Translations under genes and position numbers: made by a program | Part shown: positions 1 through 7,990 of the stretch, in pieces | How the letters are laid out: each line of letters opens with the position of its first letter | Position numbering within the stretch: the stretch's first letter is position 1 | Notes under the pieces: model-generated | What the model saw: the letters and a program-made list of their open reading frames with translations, nothing else | What the model was told of the DNA's origin: nothing | The model's database searches: none | Origin: Candidatus Omnitrophota bacterium | Lineage (GTDB): Bacteria; Omnitrophota; Omnitrophia; Omnitrophales; Aquincolibacteriaceae | NCBI GenBank assembly: GCA_043803685.1 | Contig: JAZDJU010000001.1 | Span: 1-35,780, forward strand | Direction: 5' to 3' | Length of the DNA stretch: 35,780 nt

Positions 1-98
1 TGAAATCGTCTCATTGCCAGAAAAATCAACCCTGGAAGATTTAGTAAAAACAACGCTTGTCCCCTGCGTCTACAACAAGTATCCTCTATACTAGCAAA

Positions 99-142
99 GA
101 AGTTGTCAGGACACCGCCAAGAAATTATCAAGAAGTTGTCAA
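99..142 (-). promoter_or_regulatory. Four 11-bp direct repeats, putative OmpR/PhoB-family regulator binding array
   Basis: Minus strand reads TTGACAACTTC TTGATAATTTC TTGGCGGTGTC CTGACAACTTC, followed by a -10-like TAGTAT. It lies just downstream of the response regulator gene. Confidence 0.55.
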
Positions 143-145
143 TTC

Positions 146-187
146 CAGCGGTTAGCGCAGAGCGGATAGCCTAAACGCTCTACGCTA
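146..187. repeat. Heptamer tandem array with inverted half (hairpin, possible terminator)
   Basis: Units cagcggt tagcgca gagcgga tagccta, then inverted aacgctc tacgcta, directly after the regulator stop codon. Confidence 0.6.
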
Positions 188-865
188 TTAAACAAACTTA
201 TACCCAATCCGGTGCGCGGTCAGGATATGCTTCGGGGCGGATGGATCTTTCTCCAGTTTTTCTCTCAGGCTCCATATATGAGTGTCGATCGTCCGCGTCG
301 TCACCTTTTCATCCGTCCAGATCTGGGCCAGAAGCGTATGCCTTGAGACTGGCTCCCCACGGTTGGACACGAGCATTTTCAGGATCTTGCATTCCGCGGC
401 CGTCAGAGGGATCTCTTGGCCGTCTTTGAAGATCATATATTTCCGAAAGTCGATCCTGAGCCCATCCCGCTCCCAGAGGTCCTCGACCTGGGCCCCGTAA
501 GTCGCTCGGCGCAAAACGGCCTTGACCCGGACCACCAGCTCACGGGGGCTGAAGGGCTTCGTGACATAATCGTCGGCACCGAGCTCCAACCCCAGCACCT
601 TATCCTGCTCCTGCGCCCGGGCGCTTAAAATAATGATCGGCGCCTTGTTCCCCTGACGCCGGAGTTCCTTGCAAACCTCAAGCCCATTCATTTTGGGAAG
701 CATAATGTCCAGGATCATGAGATCCGGAGAATTTTCCTTTGCCTGCGTCAGCGCCTCCCGACCGTCCCGGGCCATGAGAACGCTATAACCTTCGGACTCG
801 AGATTATCCACGAGGCCCGTCATAATGTTCCGGTCGTCTTCAACGATAAGGATTTTTTGTGGCAT
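188..865 (-). CDS. OmpR/PhoB-family two-component response regulator
   Basis: Receiver motifs ILIVEDD, LDIMLP, GADDYVTKPF. Winged-helix C-terminus TRTIDTHIWSLREKLE...GYKF. Confidence 0.95.
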   Translation of the reverse strand: MPQKILIVEDDRNIMTGLVDNLESEGYSVLMARDGREALTQAKENSPDLMILDIMLPKMNGLEVCKELRRQGNKAPIIILSARAQEQDKVLGLELGADDYVTKPFSPRELVVRVKAVLRRATYGAQVEDLWERDGLRIDFRKYMIFKDGQEIPLTAAECKILKMLVSNRGEPVSRHTLLAQIWTDEKVTTRTIDTHIWSLREKLEKDPSAPKHILTAHRIGYKFV

Positions 866-868
866 AGG

Positions 869-2077
869 TCAGTAAGTGTCCGGGTTAACCGGTAATACCA
901 GTGTAAACTTCGATCCTTGGCCCATGGTGCTTTCCACAAGAATTTTCCCATGATGCGCCTGGACCGCATGTTTGACAAGGGCTAGGCCAAGACCGGAACC
1001 TTCCACATTCGTCTCCTTTTGAGGAACACGATAAAACTTTTCGAAGATCTTCTTCTGCTCCCGGCGCGCGATCCCGATGCCGTGGTCCATGACCTCGATC
1101 ACGACTGCGCGTGGTTTTTTCACAACATTCACTTTAATCTCATTCGAGACGGGCGAATATTTGACGGCATTCGCTAAGAGATTGGTAATCGCCCTGGAGA
1201 TGGCTTCGGCATCCACTTTCAACGCCGGAATATCCGGATCCATGTTCAAAGAGATCCGGTAGGATTCCTGGACCGTAGAGGCTTTGAAACGCTCGACAGC
1301 ATTCCGGACCAATGGGGTGATCTCTTCCGTTCTGAATTCATACTGTTTGCGGCCGCGCTCGATGCGCGCAAAATCAAGGATATTATTGGCCAGGTCGGTG
1401 AGCTGTTCGCTCTGATTCGAGATGATGTGGTAATACTCCTGTTTTTTTTCTTCGGTGGGGACGCTGTTATTTTTGAGCATCTCGGAAAACATGCGAATCG
1501 AGGTCAGCGGCCTTCTCAAGTCGTGCGACAGGCTTGCCACAAATTCACTTTTCAACTGAGTCAGGCGCCACTCGCGCGAAAGAATTCCGAGGGTGAAAAA
1601 ACTCCCGCCCAGGACAGACAACGCGGAGAGAAAGATCATCGCAACATACAAGGCAAGGCAGCTTTTTCTTCCTTCAAGTCCTTTGATAAGCACGGGATAC
1701 TTTTCATAAACGGCGATCGTGTAAGGAAGTCCTTTGAGTTCCTGCCGAAGGACGGGGGCCCCAAGCTCCGGAGAGGCTTTCCCTCCGAGCGGTTTCCCAT
1801 AGCGGTCCAGGATTTTCACCTGGTACTGAAACAAGGAAGCTTGTTCGGTGAGGACGGATTCTACTTGGGAGGGATCCTTGAGGAATGGCTTCGGTTTTTC
1901 GGCCAAGGCGCTCTTGATCTCGTCTTCGACCACATCCGCCATCGATTCATACACGCGCCGGATATTGGACTCCAGGATCGCCTTCTCGCTCCTGACCGCC
2001 TGGAACCCCCAAAAGGCCAAAAGCGCCGTGGGGATCAGCACCGACAGGATAAAGATCAAGACGATTTTTATGCGCAT
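869..2077 (-). CDS. Membrane sensor histidine kinase (HisKA + HATPase_c)
   Basis: Two TM segments. H-box SHDLRRPL, N-box NLLANAVKYS, G1 DHGIGI, F-box IFEKFYR, G2 GSGLGL. ATG at 2077 abuts the upstream stop. Confidence 0.93.
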   Translation of the reverse strand: MRIKIVLIFILSVLIPTALLAFWGFQAVRSEKAILESNIRRVYESMADVVEDEIKSALAEKPKPFLKDPSQVESVLTEQASLFQYQVKILDRYGKPLGGKASPELGAPVLRQELKGLPYTIAVYEKYPVLIKGLEGRKSCLALYVAMIFLSALSVLGGSFFTLGILSREWRLTQLKSEFVASLSHDLRRPLTSIRMFSEMLKNNSVPTEEKKQEYYHIISNQSEQLTDLANNILDFARIERGRKQYEFRTEEITPLVRNAVERFKASTVQESYRISLNMDPDIPALKVDAEAISRAITNLLANAVKYSPVSNEIKVNVVKKPRAVVIEVMDHGIGIARREQKKIFEKFYRVPQKETNVEGSGLGLALVKHAVQAHHGKILVESTMGQGSKFTLVLPVNPDTY

Positions 2078-2078
2078 C

Positions 2079-3569
2079 TCACCGCACCGTACTGCCAAGG
2101 CGTTTTTCCAATTCCGCCCTCAGTATCCAGTCTCTGACGATTTCTCCCGACTCCCCGATAGGCCGGCAAGCAAGGAACTTGTCATAATGCTGCTGCGCCT
2201 TCTCGTTCTCGTTCAACCGGTCGTCGTAAAGGATCGCCAGATTATAATGGACGTCTGCATCCTTCGGGTCGATCTTCAGGCATTCGAGATACTCTCGCTC
2301 GGCGTCCTGATACAAGCCGTCCCTTTCATAAACGACAGCGAGATTGAAATGCTTATCCAGCATCTCTTTGTCAAATTTCGCCTTAAGCTCTTTATTGAGC
2401 AACAGGGATCGCTCGGCTTTCCGTTTGAGGTCCACAACCTCTTTTTCAGCGCGCTTGAGCCTTTTCTTCATATTCCTTTCACCGACATCGGCTCCTCCCC
2501 CTTGAGGGAGCAGCTCCTGTTCCTTCTCGCTTTGAACGACAAGCGCGGATATCCGGATCTTCAGCTCACCGGTCTTCTCCTCAAGATCCTTTTCAGCCTG
2601 AAGTTTATCGGCGGAGACTCTCCCAAGGTCCTGATCGATCTTCTTTAGCGCGGCCTCCGCACTGAGCCTCTTGGAGCCTGCCTCTTCGGTGATCTTTTTT
2701 AATCCTTGGATCTCCCGGCTCTTCTGCGGGTCTTCGCTTTCGATCTTTTCGGAATTCCCGATCCTCGAACGCAGTCCTTTTGCCGTCGAAGAATCTTCGT
2801 TCTCCAAGGCCGAGCTATCTTCTTCCAGGGCCCGGATCTTTTCGGCAAAACTCAGGATCTCGTCTGACAGTTGCTGTCTCAGGGGCTCCACCACCTGAGC
2901 TTTCATTTCGAGTTCATTCATCCGTTTTTTCAGATCCGCTGATCCGGTTTCAGCCGCATCTTTCCCGCCCACAGAACTTTTTCCTTTAAGCTCCAGCAAC
3001 CTTTTTGAAATATCCTTGTACTCCGAATCCCGCGCGGCGATCTCGGTTTCCATCTTATCCTTCTTTTTTTGCAATTGCGCCTTCTTGTCCGTGGCATTTT
3101 TTAGATCCGCTGTCAGCTTTTCGGTCTTTCTCCGACGCGCCGCGCTTTCTTTTGCAACCTTTTCGGCCCTGCGCTTCATTTTCTCGCCCTCGGCGGAAGC
3201 GACCCCGAGAGCCTTTTTAACATTTTCCTCGGCGATCTCTGACTCTTTGGAGCGTTTCGCAAGATCGGTCTCAACCCTTTTCTTTTCGGCGGAAAGTTTC
3301 TGTTCCTGGACGAGAAGTTCCTCAATGCGTCCGCTAAGCTCCGTGATCTCGCGCATCAGCTCTTCATACTTTTTCATTTTCATAGCGCTGATCTTGTCGT
3401 ATTCCGCGCGCATCCCTTGCGTGTCCGGCTCCTCGGCAAAACATAGCGGAGAGCGTAGGGCGAATAGCGTACAGAAAATCAGAATAATCAGCAGGGAGCG
3501 GAGAGCTTTTAGCGTATAGACAAAAGGCCTGATCTGTTCCGTTGCAAGGTATTGTTTACTCTTTCTCAT
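2079..3569 (-). CDS. Exported coiled-coil protein with C-terminal TPR repeats
   Basis: Signal-peptide-like N-terminus, long K/E-rich coiled coil, TPR motifs HFNLAVVY...AEREYLECLKIDP and VHYNLAILY. AGGAG-like RBS. Confidence 0.85.
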   Translation of the reverse strand: MRKSKQYLATEQIRPFVYTLKALRSLLIILIFCTLFALRSPLCFAEEPDTQGMRAEYDKISAMKMKKYEELMREITELSGRIEELLVQEQKLSAEKKRVETDLAKRSKESEIAEENVKKALGVASAEGEKMKRRAEKVAKESAARRRKTEKLTADLKNATDKKAQLQKKKDKMETEIAARDSEYKDISKRLLELKGKSSVGGKDAAETGSADLKKRMNELEMKAQVVEPLRQQLSDEILSFAEKIRALEEDSSALENEDSSTAKGLRSRIGNSEKIESEDPQKSREIQGLKKITEEAGSKRLSAEAALKKIDQDLGRVSADKLQAEKDLEEKTGELKIRISALVVQSEKEQELLPQGGGADVGERNMKKRLKRAEKEVVDLKRKAERSLLLNKELKAKFDKEMLDKHFNLAVVYERDGLYQDAEREYLECLKIDPKDADVHYNLAILYDDRLNENEKAQQHYDKFLACRPIGESGEIVRDWILRAELEKRLGSTVR

Positions 3570-3625
3570 AAATGCTCCCTCTCCTGATCTTTTCTATACG
3601 CTCTACGCTGTCTGCGATCCGCTCT
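3444..3625. repeat. Inverted heptamer arrays (TAGCGTA/GAGCGGA-type) flanking the TPR gene start
   Basis: tagcgga gagcgta gggcgaa tagcgta (3444-3471), gagcgga gagcttt tagcgta (3496-3516), and inverted tacgctc tacgctg (3597-3610). Confidence 0.6.
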
Positions 3626-3631
3626 TTTTGT

Positions 3632-5233
3632 TTACTTTCGGATCCCCTTCAACGGCTTGGGCCGATCTTTTTCCAGAAGGAATGATTCCTCTCCCGTGAC
3701 GATCCTCGGGGTCAGAAATACGATGGTCTCTGTCCTTGAGACTTCATCGTTGATCCTCTTGAATGCCATCCCCAGCCACGGAATATCTCCCAACACCGGT
3801 ATTTTGCTCTCTCTCTTTGTTTTATTATCCTTCACGAGGCCTGCAATAATGATCGTCACTCCGTCTTTGATCGTAACCGTGGTCTGCGCATTGGCGGACT
3901 TCACAACAGGAACAGCTCCCGCGGCCTGCGGTTCTCCTCCATACCATGCGGAAATGGAACTCATCACCGGTTTTATCACCATACTGATGAACCCATCCTG
4001 ATTGATGTGGGGTGTCACACTGAGCGAAACGCCGATTTCGACCCATTGATAGCTCTTGGCATTGGTCACGGTGCCCCCCGTAGCCGTCGTAGTCGTGTCT
4101 TCTTCGTAGGGCTGTTTTTCGATGACTTCGACCTTCGCTTCTTTTCCTTCTTCCACGGTAATATGAGGATTCGAAAGCACCCGGGTCTCCGCCAATGATT
4201 CGAGGGCCTCCAGCACCACGTCCAGCTTGTTCTTCGACGAAGTGGTTGAGACCGTCATCTTGCCCATGCCTGTCACTTTATCCAGAAGAAGAGGGAACGC
4301 GGCCTGCGGCACGATCGTCATCGCGCTGAATTTCCCGGCAACGGTGATCACCCTGGACCAGTCTATCCCCCACTGGAATTTATCATTGAGCGTCACTTCG
4401 ACGATCTTGGCATCGATAAAAACTTCCCGGATCTTGCGATCGAACGCGTTGACCAAGACATCCACTTTTTTGAGAACGTGGGGCAGATCCGTCACCACAA
4501 GCGTGTTGGTCCTGATGTCCGTACGCATCGACCCCACCTCCGGCGTGAGCACTTTGCTGATCTCATCCTTGATCGTCTCTACCTTCGCGTACCGAAATTC
4601 ATACACCTGAACCTCGGTCGGCAGGACCCTCGACACGGTGGGCAATTCCTGTTTCTGGATAATGGCGTCCATCTCCTTCACCTTCCCCGGAGTATCGATC
4701 AAAATAAGCGTCCCGGTGCTATCGTCAAATACAATTTTTCCGACCTCGCTTTTTATATTGCCGAGGATCGCAGCCACGTTCTTGGGGGAAGCGTACTTTA
4801 ATTGATAGATGGCCGTTTTCCTCTGATCATAGAACTCGACCCCGAACAGGGTCTTCGATTCAGCATTCGTCATGACCGTAATGACATTGCCCTTCACCTG
4901 ATAAGCAAACCCGTTCATGGCAAGCGCAAGCTCCAGAACATCTCCGATGGTCACCTCGTTGATCAGCAGGCTCACGGGCCCCGTCACCGCCTTGCTTGTG
5001 ATAATATTCAAATTTCCTTCGCTCGCCAGGAACTTCAGGAACTGAGCTATGTCCATCTCCCGGACATCCACCGAGATCTTTTTATGGAGTCCGGGAAAGG
5101 AATACCCGGATATGGGTTTGCGCGTAAGGCCATCGCTCTCGGGGATATCGGTGACTGAATAGGCCTTGATCGCAAAAAAGGACCCAAGGATCATGAGCGC
5201 CACGGCGGATCTGAACAGGAAATAGCGCCTCAT
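3632..5233 (-). CDS. Secretin (GspD/PilQ family outer-membrane channel)
   Basis: N0/N domains (ISVDVREMDIAQFLK, DIRTNTLVVTD) and secretin core VFIDAKIVEV, LSNPHITV, GVSLSVTPHI, KIPVLGDIPWLG, ETIVFLTPRIV. Confidence 0.93.
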   Translation of the reverse strand: MRRYFLFRSAVALMILGSFFAIKAYSVTDIPESDGLTRKPISGYSFPGLHKKISVDVREMDIAQFLKFLASEGNLNIITSKAVTGPVSLLINEVTIGDVLELALAMNGFAYQVKGNVITVMTNAESKTLFGVEFYDQRKTAIYQLKYASPKNVAAILGNIKSEVGKIVFDDSTGTLILIDTPGKVKEMDAIIQKQELPTVSRVLPTEVQVYEFRYAKVETIKDEISKVLTPEVGSMRTDIRTNTLVVTDLPHVLKKVDVLVNAFDRKIREVFIDAKIVEVTLNDKFQWGIDWSRVITVAGKFSAMTIVPQAAFPLLLDKVTGMGKMTVSTTSSKNKLDVVLEALESLAETRVLSNPHITVEEGKEAKVEVIEKQPYEEDTTTTATGGTVTNAKSYQWVEIGVSLSVTPHINQDGFISMVIKPVMSSISAWYGGEPQAAGAVPVVKSANAQTTVTIKDGVTIIIAGLVKDNKTKRESKIPVLGDIPWLGMAFKRINDEVSRTETIVFLTPRIVTGEESFLLEKDRPKPLKGIRK

Positions 5234-5913
5234 AACAGCACCGTCTCTTCTTTCCCATCACTGATCTTGACGTTGCTTCTGGAGATCTCGGTCACTCTTA
5301 ACCCGGTGGTTCCGATGGCTTGACCTTCGACGAGAAAATACATTTTGCTGTCTTTGTCGTTCTGCACAAGGATCATGGCCTTCGGCACATCCCCCCAGGA
5401 GATCCCCTGGAGTTTCATACTTTCGGTGGTTTTGCTGAGTGATTCAGATATTTTTTGCACATTCGAAGCGACGGGTGCCCCCGTACTCGCGCGGAACACA
5501 TCCCTTTTCCGGATCGCGTTAAGGTAAAAAGAGAGTTCTTTAAGGGTCTCTATCTTTTTTTCGCCTTCCCCGGGCAACGCGCCGATCTTCGCCGCCGCAT
5601 CCGTAATCATCGCGACATCCTTATGTTTACTCGAAGCGACATACACGACAAACACTAAAACAGCCCCGAGAACAACCGCTAGGACCTTGTTAATATTCTC
5701 CGGTTCCAACTCCGGCCATTTGATACGAACAAGAAAATCCTCTTTCGCGATTGCCCCCGCAGTGCCCACAGCCGACGATGGGATGAAACGTTTGAATCCT
5801 TCAAGCCAGCCGCCGTTTTTTTTCTCAGGGTCGCGACGGCCCTGACCCGCCACGAGCTTCCCCTGCTGGATAACCTTAAAGAGCCTCTCCTCCGGAGATA
5901 TCATTTCAGACAT
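5230..5913 (-). CDS. GspC/PilP-like bitopic membrane protein
   Basis: Single TM, RDVF motif, C-terminal LQGISWG..KAMI...LVEGQAIG...VTEI beta domain. Stop overlaps the secretin start. Confidence 0.7.
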   Translation of the reverse strand: MSEMISPEERLFKVIQQGKLVAGQGRRDPEKKNGGWLEGFKRFIPSSAVGTAGAIAKEDFLVRIKWPELEPENINKVLAVVLGAVLVFVVYVASSKHKDVAMITDAAAKIGALPGEGEKKIETLKELSFYLNAIRKRDVFRASTGAPVASNVQKISESLSKTTESMKLQGISWGDVPKAMILVQNDKDSKMYFLVEGQAIGTTGLRVTEISRSNVKISDGKEETVLL

Positions 5914-5925
5914 TAGCCCGCATCC

Positions 5926-6753
5926 CTACCATGCATCTCGAATGATCATCCGAACTGCTTCCAGGTCGACCGACTCCTTGTTGTACATAAGCAGGTATTC
6001 CAAAGCGTCATGGCAGATCATCGCGATCTTCCGAGGATAGCCTTGGGTAAAATGAAAAATACTTTCAAAAGCTTCGTCCGTAAACAGCGGCTTGCGACCC
6101 TGATATCCCGCTTGCTGCAAGCGGAATTCAATCATTTTTTTGACCTCGTCTTCTTCCAGAGGCTTCAAAAGATGCTTCAAGGATATCCTGTCCCAGAGAT
6201 TCTTGATCTGTTGGATACGCGGCAACAATTCCATCTGTCCCATAAGGATCACCTGCAGGGTCTTATATTCATTCGTCTCATAGTTCAAAAGAGAACGCAA
6301 GACTTCCAGACACGGATCACTCAGCTTTTGGGCTTCGTCGATCAAGAGAACGACCGTTTGTTTCTGGGTGATGCTTTTTTCGAAAAGAAATTTTTCGATC
6401 CACTTCATATAGTCTAACGTCCTGACCTCGCGCCCGACTACAGGCTCCGGTGAAATATTGAACCTTTCGACGATCTCTTCCAACATTTCCTGCTCCGAAT
6501 GATAATCGGGATTCAGGATCACTTTTAAAAGCACTGCGGGTTCTTCGCTCAGAAGCTGGGAAAGCCGGCGACTCAGCGTGGTTTTACCCACTCCGACATC
6601 CCCCAACACCGCACTCAAACCCCGCCGGAGCCCGACGGCGATCCTCAGACGAAACAGTGCTGCCTTGTGCCCTTTGGTTTCATAAAAGAACCCGGGGTCC
6701 GGGCTGGTGGAGAAAGGCTCTGCCTCCAAGCCCAAAATTTTATAGTAGCTCAT
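5926..6753 (-). CDS. ExeA/GspA-family AAA ATPase
   Basis: N-terminal EPFSTSPDP, Walker A GDVGVGKT, Walker B LLIDEAQ, ILMGQ, GYPRKI. Confidence 0.9.
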   Translation of the reverse strand: MSYYKILGLEAEPFSTSPDPGFFYETKGHKAALFRLRIAVGLRRGLSAVLGDVGVGKTTLSRRLSQLLSEEPAVLLKVILNPDYHSEQEMLEEIVERFNISPEPVVGREVRTLDYMKWIEKFLFEKSITQKQTVVLLIDEAQKLSDPCLEVLRSLLNYETNEYKTLQVILMGQMELLPRIQQIKNLWDRISLKHLLKPLEEDEVKKMIEFRLQQAGYQGRKPLFTDEAFESIFHFTQGYPRKIAMICHDALEYLLMYNKESVDLEAVRMIIRDAW

Positions 6754-6991
6754 GTTTTGCCTGCGCCTCATTGAGCGTTTTGGAGATCAATTGGAGCGGG
6801 TATCCCTGCAAAGCCAGCCCCTCGATCTTGGAGAGCCTCTCGCGGACTTCCCGCGCGTCATAAAGCCTTCGGTTCCTCCGTTTGATAACGACTTTCAGAA
6901 GACCGAGATTGGTGTAGTGATTAACCGTATGGTAGGTCAGATTGAATTGTGCGCAAATGTCCTGAGGACTAATACCTTCATTTTTGATCAT
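6740..6991 (-). CDS. MerR-type helix-turn-helix protein (no effector domain)
   Basis: ICAQFNLTYHTVNHYTNLGLL...NRRLY...GYPLQLI pattern; GGGAGAGG RBS. Confidence 0.8.
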   Translation of the reverse strand: MIKNEGISPQDICAQFNLTYHTVNHYTNLGLLKVVIKRRNRRLYDAREVRERLSKIEGLALQGYPLQLISKTLNEAQAKHELL

Positions 6992-7288
6992 GATCGGACG
7001 CCTCTCCCTAGCCCCCGCAGGGGTGCTACTCAGTCAGTCTAGTTAGGGTAACTACTCTAATTTAGCTACACCCGATGTATCGACCACGAACGCATCAAGT
7101 TAACAGGCTTTCTTCAAACGTGTGTCCTGGAGCTCCGCACCTTTCCTGGCTGCATGGATGTCGCTGCCCTTGATATGCGGCTCAAAAAATTGAGGCGGAA
7201 ACGTATCCGCTACGATTACCGGTAACTTTATGAGCTCATGCGCCGTGAGGGCTTAGATGGACATTTTGTTCTTATATGTATGTTTGTA

Positions 7289-7456
7289 TTAGCGAATCGC
7301 CAGAGATCGGATCAAGACCTTCCCTTTTCGATGCTTCCCTGCCGCGGAATTCTCGATCACAAAAGTAACTTCGTCCACTTTCCGGCTATTGACCGGCAGC
7401 AGGATCTGCGCGTCAGTCCACGCCGATTTTAAAGGAATGTGCTCAGCTGTCGGGCT
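7289..7456 (-). pseudogene. Possible 5'-truncated gene remnant (beta-sandwich-like C-terminus)
   Basis: Start-less 55-codon frame ...KSAWTDAQILLPVNSRKVDEVTFVIENSAAGKHRKGKVLIRSLAIR* with protein-like alternating hydrophobic pattern. Confidence 0.3.
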
Positions 7457-7728
7457 TCACATACATTACGAGAAAAGATTTCGGCAGATATCTTCGCCAC
7501 AAATTCCCTGATGCCCAAAAAGGGTTCAAAATGACTCTCATTTCATCAAAAAAAATGAAGACGCATCAAACCGGAAAAACATGGAAATCCCTAAATTTAT
7601 TGAGGTAAGGAAAATCGCAGAGGGAAAGCGAGATTTCCCGGAAGGGCTTTGAAGTCCGCTGCATTACCACCAGTTGATGCGTTACAGACGGAATGCGACA
7701 AAAAAAGGTGCTATTCCTGAATATATTT

Positions 7729-7866
7729 TCGTGCCACTATCGTGCCTTAACTTATGACAATTACGCCATTTTGATGAATCTTATTCAACAGGAGATTTTT
7801 TTGTAAGTGTAAGCGAGGAAACGAAATACGTGGAATTTCAATGGGTTACAGAAACAGGCGTTTTTT
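7729..7866. mobile_element. Putative integrative-element end (att junction)
   Basis: Abuts the broken tRNA. Direct repeat TCGTGCC at 7729 and 7740 (11-bp period) and ATTTCAATGGGTTACA (7835-7850) in AT-rich non-coding DNA. Confidence 0.45.
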
Positions 7867-7905
7867 CTCCCAAAGCAAGCGCTCTAGCCCCTGAGCTACA
7901 CCCCG
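7867..7905 (-). pseudogene. 5' half of tRNA-Pro(UGG), truncated just after the anticodon loop
   Basis: CGGGGTG TA GCTC AGGGGCTA GAGC G CTTGC TT-TGG-GA G, then AAAAAACG instead of the expected CAAG and T-arm. Confidence 0.85.
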
Positions 7906-7990
7906 ATGTGTCCTATTTATAAAAAATCAATTGAGACATCCGGGAGTCTTGATTTCCTTAGAATCATTTTAAATAAAAATCAAGGCACCC

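Noticed and set aside
7100..7270. c-di-GMP riboswitch, or a short ORF with an internal TAA, upstream of the secretin operon
   Set aside because: GEMM consensus elements are not present in order; the ORF has no RBS and no recognisable similarity.
7644..7691. tRNA-Sec-like fragment on the minus strand (GCAT..ATGC stem, then GCGGA CTTCAAA)
   Set aside because: The anticodon stem does not pair, and there is no T-arm or acceptor stem; probably chance.
7000..7866. Group I intron interrupting tRNA-Pro
   Set aside because: No 3' exon (CAAG...T-arm...CACCCCG) was found downstream, no recognisable intron core, and the break follows G rather than the usual U.
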